A DNA stretch of 51,305 nucleotides from the NCBI GenBank assembly GCA_045643965.1, contig JAZRGB010000065.1:1-51305 (forward strand), in the 5' to 3' direction. This DNA comes from Candidatus Enterousia sp. Its GTDB lineage: Bacteria; Pseudomonadota; Alphaproteobacteria; Rs-D84. The stretch's first letter is position 1. Every line of letters starts with the position of its first letter. The notes beneath the pieces were generated by a model, which was not told where the DNA came from, did no database searches, and saw nothing but the letters and a program-made list of their open reading frames with translations. The translations under genes were made by a program, and so were the position numbers. This document shows, one piece after another, positions 19,832-30,504 of the stretch.

Positions 19832-21628
19832 ATGGTAAAAGTAAAAGAAAAAAAAGTCGCACCAAAAAAAGGCGAAAAACCAAAAACACCAAAGGCAATA
19901 AAGGGCCAAAACAAACACGAAACAGACGCAAATGATGACAAAGTCTATTTTATGGCGTTGGGCGGTCTGGAACATATCGGTCAGAATATGTACCTGTATA
20001 AATACAAAGGGAAATATCTGATTGTTGATTGCGGTATGGGATTCTTGGACGAAGAAATTGGTGCTGGGGATGTTCAATACTGCGATACAACATGGTTGGA
20101 AAAACGCAAAAAAGACGTTATCGGTTTTATCATCACACATGGACACGAAGACCATATCGGTGCATTGAAATACATATGGCCAAAGTTTAGAAAACCTATT
20201 TATTGCACACGTTTCCCTGCTGCGATATTGCGTCAGACATTTGCAGGAATTGAAATGGACTTTGATCCAAAGAAAGACATTGTTGAATTTGACCACAATG
20301 GTGCAACATTGGATTTGAACCCATTTGAAGTCGAAACATTTCACGTTACACACAGTATCCCAGAAGCACAAATGCTGATTATTAAAACAGGTGCTGGTAA
20401 AATACTGCATACTGGGGACTGGACATTTAACGATGATATTCCAATCGAAGCACCAACAGATTTTGCACGATTGGCAGAAATTGGTTCTGATCCAAAATTG
20501 TTGGCATGTATGTGCGATTCTACAAATTCTTCACGTCAGACAAAACAAGTCACAGAAACACAGGTTCGTGACACACTGACAGAAATCATGAAAAATGCCC
20601 CAGGTCGTGTAATAGTCACTGGTTATTCACGCAGTTTGGCACGTATCAAAATGTTTGCCGAAGCCGCACGTGCTGCTGGTCGTATCGCTGCAATCAAAGA
20701 ACGCAGTAATCCAAATCCAGTACCATACGTTGGTTTGCCAGAATTCCGTGAATTGGGTATTAAACTGGGATATTTAAACAAAGATGATGTTTACACACAT
20801 GGTGAAATCAAAGATTTGCCAGCAGAAAAACAAGCGATTTTCTTGACCGGTTCACAGGGTGAAAAATTCGCAATGTTGACACGTTTGTGCCACGGCCAGG
20901 TAAAAGAAATGAAACTGATGCCAACAGATACTGTTGTATTCAGTGCAATTATTATTCCAGGTCGCGAACAAGATGTTTCTTATCTGTACAATAAATTGGC
21001 ACGTATGGGCGTAAAAACACATACAATCTTTGATACAGACAATCTGCATGCCAGTGGTCACGCGGGTCGTCCAGAATTGGAAAAATTCTATGATATGGTA
21101 CACCCACAGGTATCTGTTCCAATGCACGGTGATTACATTAATGAAATGTTAAACGGCAAAATGGCAATGGAACGCGGTGGTGCAAAACATATGATGGTTG
21201 TACATAACGGTGAAATGATTGCACTGTCTGATGGTAACGAACCATATGTTGCAGAAACAATCGAAACAAACTATGTCGTTATGGAAGGCGAAACAGAACG
21301 CAGTGCAAACGACCAGGTTTATAAAAACCGTAAAAAGATTGCGTCAAATGGTGCAGTATTTGTTACCCTGCCAATCGATAAACGCGGATTTTTAAAGGGC
21401 GTTCCAGAAGTTTCCAGTGCTGGTATCTTTGAAACAGACGAAACAGGATTCATGAAACGTCAAATTCAAATTGAAATATCCAAAGCAATTGATGGGTTGA
21501 CCAAGGCAGAACGTAAAGACAGAAACAATCTGCATCGTGCCGTTCAAACTGCATCAAACAAGGTTGTACGTGCCGCATTGGGTTCAGACAAAAAACCACA
21601 ATACAGCGTACACTTTATTCAGAAATAA
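19832..21628 (+). CDS. rnj: Ribonuclease J
   Basis: LGGLEHIGQN, THGHEDHIG, HSIPE, TGSQGE, HASGH and PMHGD motifs. Confidence 0.94.
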   Translation: MVKVKEKKVAPKKGEKPKTPKAIKGQNKHETDANDDKVYFMALGGLEHIGQNMYLYKYKGKYLIVDCGMGFLDEEIGAGDVQYCDTTWLEKRKKDVIGFIITHGHEDHIGALKYIWPKFRKPIYCTRFPAAILRQTFAGIEMDFDPKKDIVEFDHNGATLDLNPFEVETFHVTHSIPEAQMLIIKTGAGKILHTGDWTFNDDIPIEAPTDFARLAEIGSDPKLLACMCDSTNSSRQTKQVTETQVRDTLTEIMKNAPGRVIVTGYSRSLARIKMFAEAARAAGRIAAIKERSNPNPVPYVGLPEFRELGIKLGYLNKDDVYTHGEIKDLPAEKQAIFLTGSQGEKFAMLTRLCHGQVKEMKLMPTDTVVFSAIIIPGREQDVSYLYNKLARMGVKTHTIFDTDNLHASGHAGRPELEKFYDMVHPQVSVPMHGDYINEMLNGKMAMERGGAKHMMVVHNGEMIALSDGNEPYVAETIETNYVVMEGETERSANDQVYKNRKKIASNGAVFVTLPIDKRGFLKGVPEVSSAGIFETDETGFMKRQIQIEISKAIDGLTKAERKDRNNLHRAVQTASNKVVRAALGSDKKPQYSVHFIQK

Positions 21629-21657
21629 AAAAATCCCCCAAACGGGGGATTTTTTTT
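21627..21657. terminator. Bidirectional terminator (ATCCCCC family)
   Basis: AAAAAAATCCCCC-AAAC-GGGGGATTTTTTT. Confidence 0.85.
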
Positions 21658-21668
21658 ATAAATGAAAA

Positions 21669-22010
21669 TTATTTTTTCCAAAATGCAAAACCACGACGTG
21701 ATGATTTTTCTTCGCGTTGTTTGCGTTCTTCGGCCGCACGTCTGCGTTCTGCACGACGTTCTTGGAATCGCAATGCAGATTCTTCGTCGCGTTGAATAAC
21801 AGCGATTGTTGTTGCCGACAATTTGCCATTTCGTACTTCTTCTTCGAATTCGACAATGTCGTTTTCGTTTAAAAATCTGATACCAGCGGCCTTTAATGAA
21901 CTGGAATGAACAAATACATCATCTGTGTTGCCGTCTGCGTTTGGTGTATCCGGACTAATAAAGCCGAAACACTTTTTACCATTATACCATTTTACTTTTC
22001 CTTGACGCAT
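21669..22010 (-). CDS. Cold-shock domain protein with charged C-terminal tail
   Basis: GKVKWYN, FGFI and DVFVH (RNP1/RNP2); extra R/E-rich helix. Confidence 0.9.
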   Translation of the reverse strand: MRQGKVKWYNGKKCFGFISPDTPNADGNTDDVFVHSSSLKAAGIRFLNENDIVEFEEEVRNGKLSATTIAVIQRDEESALRFQERRAERRRAAEERKQREEKSSRRGFAFWKK

Positions 22011-22105
22011 AATCGTAATCCTTTGTTATGCTTGTTATGGTTCTGTAAGACAGATAAGAACCTGATACAATTTTTACATTTTTGACCAATTAAAGCAAGG
22101 GGAAT

Positions 22106-22136
22106 AAAAATACCCGCCAAAACTGCGGGCATTTTT
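22106..22136 (-). terminator. Terminator of the lysS operon
   Basis: CCCGC/GCGGG stem with flanking A/T tracts. Confidence 0.65.
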
Positions 22137-23538
22137 AGTCTTTTTTATAATATCGCTGAACTTCATTCATAACAAAGTTAAACAATTTTCCAGCCTGGCT
22201 GGTTGCAGGAACGTTCCAGTCGCGTTGCATATATGGCATTGCAGCAACCAAGATAAAACGTGCCATAAAATGGAAAATATGGCTTTCCTGATGCTTTGAC
22301 AGCTTTACAGGTGCATCTTCAACATGAAACACTTCGTTTTCCAATGCATCGTCCAATTTTTCCAAAATATTATCCAAAACTTTTGCTGGATAATATAAGG
22401 TACATTCTTTTGGAAAACCTTCGAATATAGAAATGTTATTGTTTCTGGAATACAAAATATTCCAACCAACACGTTCAAACAAATCTTCCAAGCACTGACA
22501 AATCATACGATTATAAGATTTTACACCATCTTCCATAAAATCGGCCAATTTCGCTTCGATGTTATCAAATTTTACATTTTTCTTTTTACGTGCAACTTCG
22601 TACGCACCGTGTGTTTGGCGTTCAAACTCAAAAAAGGTTCTAACCTGACAGATAATTTCCATCGGGATAACAACATCCGGATTTGTACTGATATTTAATA
22701 TAACCTTGGCATCACGATAGTTGCGTGGATTCTGCATATTATAGAAATTATCACGAACAGATAAAATTCTGTCAGGCATAATTTCATACAAACGTTCGAT
22801 AAATAAACGTGCCTGAGGTATCAAATCGAACAAACATTTTACACGCCATACATCTTGTAATCTTCTATATGGTGGCACAACCTTGTCAATTGCACGGATT
22901 AAATCCACAGCGATTTTTTCATGACCGCCGCCAATAATAGATAAAACAGTTTCAGATGCAGAAGTGATATATTTTTCAGAAAACTTTTCATGGATTTTAT
23001 CTGAAATTGCACGTGCAGAAGCAGCCCTGTCATGAGAAACCAAAACATCGTGTGCCGCGTTCGCAACATTATTAACATAATCCGAATAATATTTACCTGT
23101 AATCTTATCCAATGCCCTGTCTATCTTCTTTTGAGCAGCAACGATAACCGTCACAATAGACGACACAGACAAGTCAATTTTATGTCCGGCAGAACTGGTA
23201 AAAAACTGGTTACGCATCGGATCTGCGTCCAAACGATGATTTACCAAGTATGGAACCAATGGATTAATATCAGAAATTCTGATTGGTTCATCAATCGCAC
23301 TGTCTGATTCATAGTCATAACGCGTAACAGGTGCCTTGGGTGCACCAAAGGTTTTGCCCAAGACATAGAAAACTTCACGTAACCAAGTCATACTGTCTGA
23401 ATATAAACTGTGTAAGTATTCAGCGGAATCTTTATCAATACGTCCATTTTCCAATGCACGATCAATCGCTGCCAAATTCTTGGCATCGTTATCAAGCGTC
23501 TGTATATTAACGTCTGTAGTCATAACTGTATGTAACAT
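22135..23538 (-). CDS. Divergent RelA/SpoT-like (alarmone synthetase-type) nucleotidyltransferase
   Basis: Ordered motifs KKIDRALDKI..KY, LQDVWRVK, VRDNF....NYRDAKVIL, MEIICQ and THGAYEVAR; SD AGGA; 13 bp after lysS. Confidence 0.6.
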   Translation of the reverse strand: MLHTVMTTDVNIQTLDNDAKNLAAIDRALENGRIDKDSAEYLHSLYSDSMTWLREVFYVLGKTFGAPKAPVTRYDYESDSAIDEPIRISDINPLVPYLVNHRLDADPMRNQFFTSSAGHKIDLSVSSIVTVIVAAQKKIDRALDKITGKYYSDYVNNVANAAHDVLVSHDRAASARAISDKIHEKFSEKYITSASETVLSIIGGGHEKIAVDLIRAIDKVVPPYRRLQDVWRVKCLFDLIPQARLFIERLYEIMPDRILSVRDNFYNMQNPRNYRDAKVILNISTNPDVVIPMEIICQVRTFFEFERQTHGAYEVARKKKNVKFDNIEAKLADFMEDGVKSYNRMICQCLEDLFERVGWNILYSRNNNISIFEGFPKECTLYYPAKVLDNILEKLDDALENEVFHVEDAPVKLSKHQESHIFHFMARFILVAAMPYMQRDWNVPATSQAGKLFNFVMNEVQRYYKKD

Positions 23539-23551
23539 GATTGTCCTGTTA

Positions 23552-25021
23552 TTATTTCATCATCGGGAACAACACAATATCGCGTGCTGTTGGTTGGTCA
23601 AATATTATGCATGCCAATCTGTCAACCCCCATACCAACACCAGAAATAGGAGGGAAACCATGTTCCATCGCACGAACAAAGTCGTTATCTGGGTTAAACG
23701 CTTCGTCATCACCATTGGCAATATTCTTGGCCTGTTCTTCGAACGCTGCCAACTGTTGGATTGGGTTCACAAGTTCTGAATACCCCTTGCAGATTTCTGC
23801 ACCGCACACCAACAACTGATACATATCAATTCTGCGTTCATCTGCATCGTTACGACGTGCCAATGGAACCATATATGATGGATAGTTATACAAGAATGTT
23901 GGGTTTACAATACTGCCACGGATTTTGCGTTTGTAAACATAGTCAACCAATGTTGGAATCGATTTCAAATCTTCCAGTTCATCCATCGGGAACATACCTT
24001 CGTCAACCAGTTTCTGACGCAAAACATCAACATCATCAAAGTCCAAAATATTGCAACCAAAGAATTCGTTCATCTTTGCGGTATAGTCAATCATTTCATA
24101 TTTACTGAAATCCAATGGAGTGCCTTGGTATTCAATCTGTAATGTACCACGGCACTTCATCAATAATTCTTGAATCAGTTCCCATGTGAATTTGATATTG
24201 TCTTTGTAATCCCAGTATGCAACATACCATTCAACCATTGTAAATTCTTGCAAGTGTGTTGCATCCATACCTTCGTTACGGAAGTCTTTGGCCACTTCGT
24301 AAACGCGGTCAAAACCTGCACCGATTGCCTGTTTCAAGAATAATTCTGGTGAAATACGCAACTGAAAGTCTGCATCCAATGCATTATGGTGTGTTGTAAA
24401 TGGGCGTGCAGCCGCACCAGATGCAATATTTTGCAGAATTGGTGTTTCGATTTCCAAGAAACCATTTCTGTTCATATAATCACGCCAATATTGTGTCATC
24501 TTGAAACGACCCAACAATGCATTTCTGGCATCTGGATTAGAAATAATATCCAAATAACGCTGACGATATCTGGTTTCCATATCTGTCAGACCATGATATT
24601 TTTCTGGCAATGGACGTAATGCCTTGGCCAAGATTTCATAATTAGAAACCTTAACCGTTAATTCGCCGGCTGTTGTGTGATATAAAGTACCTGTGATACC
24701 AATAAAATCACCCAAGTCAACATTTGCCTTCATGAATTTGTAATTTTCTTCGCCCAGTTCTTCACGTGACATAGAAAACTGAATTTCGCCGTTAATGTCA
24801 TAAATACGACCAAACATCAATTTACCCAACCAACGCAGTGCAGTTACACGACCCGCCAACTTTACAGGTGTGTCATCTGCCAATTCACGTGCAGATTCAA
24901 TTGTATGTGTACGGTCAAATTTATCTTTCCATACAACGCCATCACGTGCCTTGATATTTTCAGCCTTTTGCAAACGTGCAGTCAGTTCATTTGTTGATAT
25001 TGGTGTTGTATTTTGTGACAT
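23552..25021 (-). CDS. lysS: Lysine--tRNA ligase, class II
   Basis: OB-fold N-terminus, RYRQRYLD, GAAARPF.THHN, FRNEG and motif 3 GMGVDRL. Confidence 0.96.
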   Translation of the reverse strand: MSQNTTPISTNELTARLQKAENIKARDGVVWKDKFDRTHTIESARELADDTPVKLAGRVTALRWLGKLMFGRIYDINGEIQFSMSREELGEENYKFMKANVDLGDFIGITGTLYHTTAGELTVKVSNYEILAKALRPLPEKYHGLTDMETRYRQRYLDIISNPDARNALLGRFKMTQYWRDYMNRNGFLEIETPILQNIASGAAARPFTTHHNALDADFQLRISPELFLKQAIGAGFDRVYEVAKDFRNEGMDATHLQEFTMVEWYVAYWDYKDNIKFTWELIQELLMKCRGTLQIEYQGTPLDFSKYEMIDYTAKMNEFFGCNILDFDDVDVLRQKLVDEGMFPMDELEDLKSIPTLVDYVYKRKIRGSIVNPTFLYNYPSYMVPLARRNDADERRIDMYQLLVCGAEICKGYSELVNPIQQLAAFEEQAKNIANGDDEAFNPDNDFVRAMEHGFPPISGVGMGVDRLACIIFDQPTARDIVLFPMMK

Positions 25022-25047
25022 TTTCTTTTTTCCCTTGTGTTTTTATT

Positions 25048-25134
25048 AAAAAAACGGACGCATAATAGTGCGCCCGCAGTTTATTTTCTGTTGGTCGCAC
25101 TGTATTAATTAAAGCGTTTCAAAGAACATTTCAT
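25048..25134 (-). promoter_or_regulatory. Candidate leader-peptide attenuator of lysS
   Basis: ORF MKCSLKRFN* (25134-25105); antiterminator arm AGTGCG just after its stop; terminator CGGGCGCA/TGCGTCCG + U7 (25076-25048). Confidence 0.5.
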
Positions 25135-25164
25135 AACTTTTATGCACCCTGTTTTTTATACAAT

Positions 25165-25186
25165 AAAACCGTCCATGCGGACGGTC
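25165..25186 (-). terminator. Terminator after tRNA-Gly
   Basis: ACCGTCC-GCAT-GGACGGT-TTT on the minus strand. Confidence 0.75.
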
Positions 25187-25196
25187 TTATGAATTC

Positions 25197-25273
25197 TGGT
25201 GCGAGCAAAGGGGCTCGAACCCTCGACCTCAACCTTGGCAAGGTTGCGCTCTAGCCAACTGAGCTACGCTCGC
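25197..25273 (-). tRNA. tRNA-Gly(GCC)
   Basis: GCGAGCG acceptor, anticodon arm CAACC-TTGCCAA-GGTTG, T-loop TTCGAGC, encoded CCA. Confidence 0.95.
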
Positions 25274-25326
25274 ATTGCGTGGTATATATTGACATATATT
25301 TTTCACAAATGCAAGAACTTTTTTTA

Positions 25327-25674
25327 TTATCTTTTCTTTACGTTCTGTTCTGCAAATTTCAGCACTTTTTCAGACTGCTTTGTCTTTGCACGAATGTCAT
25401 GTCCCAATTCGCGTACAGCCGCATTTAACAAAGAATCTGTCGCCTGTTGCTTGGCGGACGCTTTTAAATATTCTTCTTGGAAACGCAACATATTTTCATA
25501 TTGCAACGAATCCAATGTATATTGTTTTTTCGCCTGTTTTAACTGCTCCTGTTGTGTTTGATGTGTCAATTCTTGGTTTATCATTGACGCACAGGTGTTC
25601 ATCGCAATAAATATCAGCAACAGTGCTGCTATTTTCGGGCTAGTATTTGTGACATCTACTTTTTGCTTTTCCAT
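25327..25674 (-). CDS. Hypothetical protein with N-terminal TM and coiled coil (115 aa)
   Basis: SD AAGGAG, hydrophobic segment, Q/K-rich helix. Confidence 0.7.
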   Translation of the reverse strand: MEKQKVDVTNTSPKIAALLLIFIAMNTCASMINQELTHQTQQEQLKQAKKQYTLDSLQYENMLRFQEEYLKASAKQQATDSLLNAAVRELGHDIRAKTKQSEKVLKFAEQNVKKR

Positions 25675-25690
25675 ATTTTACTCCTTTATC

Positions 25691-26680
25691 TTAAAACCAT
25701 GTCCATGGTTGAAATACTTTTAATAAACCCAGCGCAGTGCGTTTATCTGCATATGTGTGACCACAGCGTGGACATACATTAAATGGCTTTATCATTGCCT
25801 TGACCTTTTTGGACACCAAGAACCACAAATACAATCCAATCGCCCATGTTGCAAATACCAATCCCCACGCAACAAAACCAAAGTATCTATCGACAGTATT
25901 TGTAATAACTGTGATTGTTGTTACATCTGATGCAGACAAATCATTATAAATCTTGGTTGCAACACCCCAACTGGATGGACGCCATGGATATACATGTTCA
26001 ATACCATAATTGGTCAACAATGTTGTACCCAAACCGCCAGACTGTTTATCCAGTGCATTTTTTATTGCGGTATCCATCATCGCATCAATTTCCAGTTGTG
26101 CAGTACGTGTTAAATCTGATTTGATTTTATCTAACTGTTGATTAACCTTGGCTGCGGTATTATCAACCGACGCGATTGTTTTGTTTGCAGTATCCACAGT
26201 TTTATCAACATTTGCAACTGCCTTGTCAACACCATCTGTTTTAACACCAAATTTATTTGCCAAACCAGTCAGTTTTTTTACACCACTGGTCTTTTCAGAT
26301 ACAGCAGCCGTTTTTTCTTTTGCGGTTGCAGTTTTGTCTGTCACTTTATCGACCGCCTGTTCTGCAACTTTTACCTTATCAATTGCAACGGCGATTGGCT
26401 TTTCTAAATTAATTGCACCGGCCACAGAATCTAATAACGCTTCGTACTGCTTTACAATACCCTTTTGCAGGTCAAAGAACATAGAAACAACAATAGATTT
26501 CTTTATTGGTTGGGAATAAGTATTTTTTACATGTAAGGGGAACCACACCAACAACACAAACCATATAAGCGTTATAACTGCAAATGTACGTTTGGTTATC
26601 GTTACAAAAGATTTCTTTTTTGCGACAGTTTTCGCCCCGCCCATATCGATAACTTCGACTTGTTTTTTTGCTTTCTCCAT
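25691..26680 (-). CDS. Membrane protein with an extracytoplasmic VDK/TA-rich coiled coil and C-terminal CPRC motif
   Basis: Two TM segments, heptad-like repeats, CPRCGH; SD AGGGG. Confidence 0.75.
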   Translation of the reverse strand: MEKAKKQVEVIDMGGAKTVAKKKSFVTITKRTFAVITLIWFVLLVWFPLHVKNTYSQPIKKSIVVSMFFDLQKGIVKQYEALLDSVAGAINLEKPIAVAIDKVKVAEQAVDKVTDKTATAKEKTAAVSEKTSGVKKLTGLANKFGVKTDGVDKAVANVDKTVDTANKTIASVDNTAAKVNQQLDKIKSDLTRTAQLEIDAMMDTAIKNALDKQSGGLGTTLLTNYGIEHVYPWRPSSWGVATKIYNDLSASDVTTITVITNTVDRYFGFVAWGLVFATWAIGLYLWFLVSKKVKAMIKPFNVCPRCGHTYADKRTALGLLKVFQPWTWF

Positions 26681-26712
26681 TTTTGCCCCTTTTTCTTCCT
26701 TGTCTGTTTAAT

Positions 26713-27018
26713 TTATTTCTGATGTGACATAAATTTTTCTATTTGACCTTGGTTCACATCAAATAACATTTTATACGCTGGGTTGCTTTCATGTGCTTCG
26801 ACCATTTGTTCAATCGTATCATGATACACGCGTGCGGACGCTTTGTCACGAAATGTATGAATTTGCGGTGTTGCAACCATTTCATATTGGTTTGTTTTTT
26901 TAATCTTGTTACATGCCAATGTATAAACAAAAGATAATGCATCTGTAAAATTCTTGGCAACCGCCAAATATATCTTGTCATCCATATCTAATGTCAAAAT
27001 CGGTTTATTTGCACCCAT
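26713..27018 (-). CDS. Hypothetical protein (101 aa)
   Basis: SD AGGAG within the end of tgt; operonic position. Confidence 0.7.
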   Translation of the reverse strand: MGANKPILTLDMDDKIYLAVAKNFTDALSFVYTLACNKIKKTNQYEMVATPQIHTFRDKASARVYHDTIEQMVEAHESNPAYKMLFDVNQGQIEKFMSHQK

Positions 27019-27023
27019 ATGTT

Positions 27024-28136
<1,113 letters not shown>

Positions 28137-28147
28137 TTATCCCCCTG

Positions 28148-29485
28148 TTATCTATCTGGCCCACTGTTTTGCATTTGATTTGCGATAGTATTTTCTGCAG
28201 TTGCAATATTAGAATTCGGGAAATTCTGTTTCCAAATCGCACCTAAATCCGCATTAAAATCTGGTCCTTTTGTGATAATAGATATCGGCATATCAAAGAA
28301 ACCTTGTATATGCTTTTTAACATCCAAAGCAGTTATATTTTTTAACATTTCCATTGTTCCATAAACATCATACAAATTACCTGTATATCGATATTTTTCT
28401 AATAATTCTTCACTTCTTTCTTTGCTGGAATCAAACCAATCAGCATCACCAAGCAGACAACTGGCTTTATATCTTTTCAACCAATCATCTGTTATTGTTT
28501 CTTTGTTATAAACACGGGCACATGTTTTAGCAATCAATTCTGTCACCTTGGCCACGTTTTCTGGTGCACATTCTGTTTCTATTAAATGAGCCCCTTTTTC
28601 ACCGCCAAATGAACTGATTGACACACCGTACACCAACCCATTTTTCTGGCGAACTTCTTCATAAATTTCTTCACGCAAATATTTCTTGAAAAGTATTTCA
28701 TTTGCACGTTCCAAACGAACAGAATCTTCAAATCCAAAACGTCGCGGTATTGCGATACAAACAGATGTATTTTTTGTGTGTTCTGACGTTTCATGTGATA
28801 TTGTATGATTACGTTTTTGTGCTTTGTTTTCTGGAACATCATGTGTTGGTAGAAATGCAAATCTGTCTTCCAACTGTTTTAACACGGCACCTTTATCTGA
28901 TATTTTTCCAGAAATTACAATTGTGCAATTTTTGGCAGACAAACGTTTTTTGCCCCAGTCAATTAACTGTTCACGCGTGAACGATTGTATATTTTCTTTT
29001 GGTCCAATTGTCTGATAGCAATACAACGAATTACCGAATAATTTATTGGACAACAAGTCCGTCCATTGTTTATCTTTATTGTCTTGTCCGCGACGCAATT
29101 CATCCAAAATAACAATTCTTTCCCGTTCTATACGATCTGGGTCAAAACGCGAATTTTGTAATTGATCGGATAATAAATCTATTAATTTATCTAAATTGTC
29201 CCCTATGATACGACCATGAAACTGCAATTCTGATGACGAAGTAAATGCATTTGATGCCCCACCATTATCTTTCAAGAAATTTTTTATATCTCTTGACTCA
29301 GGAAAGCGTTTTGTACCCTTGCACAACATGTGTTCACAAAAATGTGTTATACCATATTCGTGTGGTAATTCATCACGTGAACCCGTGTTAAAGCTGACTT
29401 TAACAGATGTTGTTTCGATATCCATCGGATCCAGTATAACAGTAACACCGTTTGACAACTTATGTAATTCTGGTTCGTATTTCAT
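28148..29485 (-). CDS. M16 (pitrilysin-family) metallopeptidase
   Basis: HFCEH (HxxEH) motif, LSNG, GSRDE, NAFTS. Confidence 0.9.
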   Translation of the reverse strand: MKYEPELHKLSNGVTVILDPMDIETTSVKVSFNTGSRDELPHEYGITHFCEHMLCKGTKRFPESRDIKNFLKDNGGASNAFTSSSELQFHGRIIGDNLDKLIDLLSDQLQNSRFDPDRIERERIVILDELRRGQDNKDKQWTDLLSNKLFGNSLYCYQTIGPKENIQSFTREQLIDWGKKRLSAKNCTIVISGKISDKGAVLKQLEDRFAFLPTHDVPENKAQKRNHTISHETSEHTKNTSVCIAIPRRFGFEDSVRLERANEILFKKYLREEIYEEVRQKNGLVYGVSISSFGGEKGAHLIETECAPENVAKVTELIAKTCARVYNKETITDDWLKRYKASCLLGDADWFDSSKERSEELLEKYRYTGNLYDVYGTMEMLKNITALDVKKHIQGFFDMPISIITKGPDFNADLGAIWKQNFPNSNIATAENTIANQMQNSGPDR

Positions 29486-30498
29486 TATCCTTCCTTTTTA
29501 AACAATAAACAACAATCACCATAACTGAAAAATCTGTATTTTTCAACAACAGCATGTTTATATGCTGACTTCATTTCTGGTAAACCTGCGAACGCAGAAA
29601 CCAACATAAACAATGTCGATTTCGGCAAATGAAAGTTTGTCAGCAAAACATCAACTGCACGAAATTTATATCCAGGTGTAATAAATATTGATGTTTCAGT
29701 ACAAATTGGTGCAACACGATGCCCTAATGTCGCATTTTGTGCGGCACTTTCCAGTGTTCGCATAGATGTCGTCCCAACCGCAATTACACGTTTTGCATTA
29801 TTAATAATTTCTGCTTGTTCTGGGGTAATACAGCACCATTCACTGTGCATTTTATGTTCTGATAAATTTTCTGTTTTAACAGGCATCCAAGTACCTGCCC
29901 CAACATGTAATGTAACATTTACAATTTGTGCACCACGCTGTTTGATTCCATCTAATAATTCATTAGTAAAATGCAAACCCGCAGTCGGTGCCGCCATTGA
30001 TCCCAAAGGTGATGAATACACCGTCTGATAACGTTCACGATCTTCGGATTGTTCTTCGCGTTTCATATATGGTGGCAAAGGCATCTTGCCAACACGATCA
30101 AGAACGGAAAATACATCATCACATAAAAACTTTATTTTCAGTCCGCTGTCCGTGTTTTCAATAATTTCTATTTGTGTACCATCGTCCAGCGTTAAAAGTG
30201 TGCCGACTTTGATTTTTCCAAATCTTTTACACAAACCCCACCAACATCCATCTGATGTTGCTGTATGTAATGTTATTTCATATTTTCCATCGGCAATAAA
30301 ACGAGCCGGTATAACGCGTGAGTTATTAAACACCACGACGTCACCCGGCTGTAAAAAATCCAAGAAATTACGTACACAACCATCGGATATATCATTACCA
30401 TTAACAATCAGCATACGCGATGCATCACGCTGGGCCAGTGGATGCGAAGCGATTAAATCTTCTGGTAAATCAAAATCAAAATCCGATGTTGTTAACAT
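29485..30498 (-). CDS. queA: S-adenosylmethionine:tRNA ribosyltransferase-isomerase
   Basis: FDFDLP, PLPPY, AAPTAGLHF, TNFHLPKST and FFSYGD motifs. Confidence 0.96.
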   Translation of the reverse strand: MLTTSDFDFDLPEDLIASHPLAQRDASRMLIVNGNDISDGCVRNFLDFLQPGDVVVFNNSRVIPARFIADGKYEITLHTATSDGCWWGLCKRFGKIKVGTLLTLDDGTQIEIIENTDSGLKIKFLCDDVFSVLDRVGKMPLPPYMKREEQSEDRERYQTVYSSPLGSMAAPTAGLHFTNELLDGIKQRGAQIVNVTLHVGAGTWMPVKTENLSEHKMHSEWCCITPEQAEIINNAKRVIAVGTTSMRTLESAAQNATLGHRVAPICTETSIFITPGYKFRAVDVLLTNFHLPKSTLFMLVSAFAGLPEMKSAYKHAVVEKYRFFSYGDCCLLFKKEG

Positions 30499-30504
30499 AT
30501 TCCT

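Noticed and set aside
25022-25160. T-box or lysine riboswitch upstream of lysS
   Set aside because: No T-box GGTGGNACC motif, and too short and AT-rich for an L-box; only the uORF/terminator arrangement is supported.
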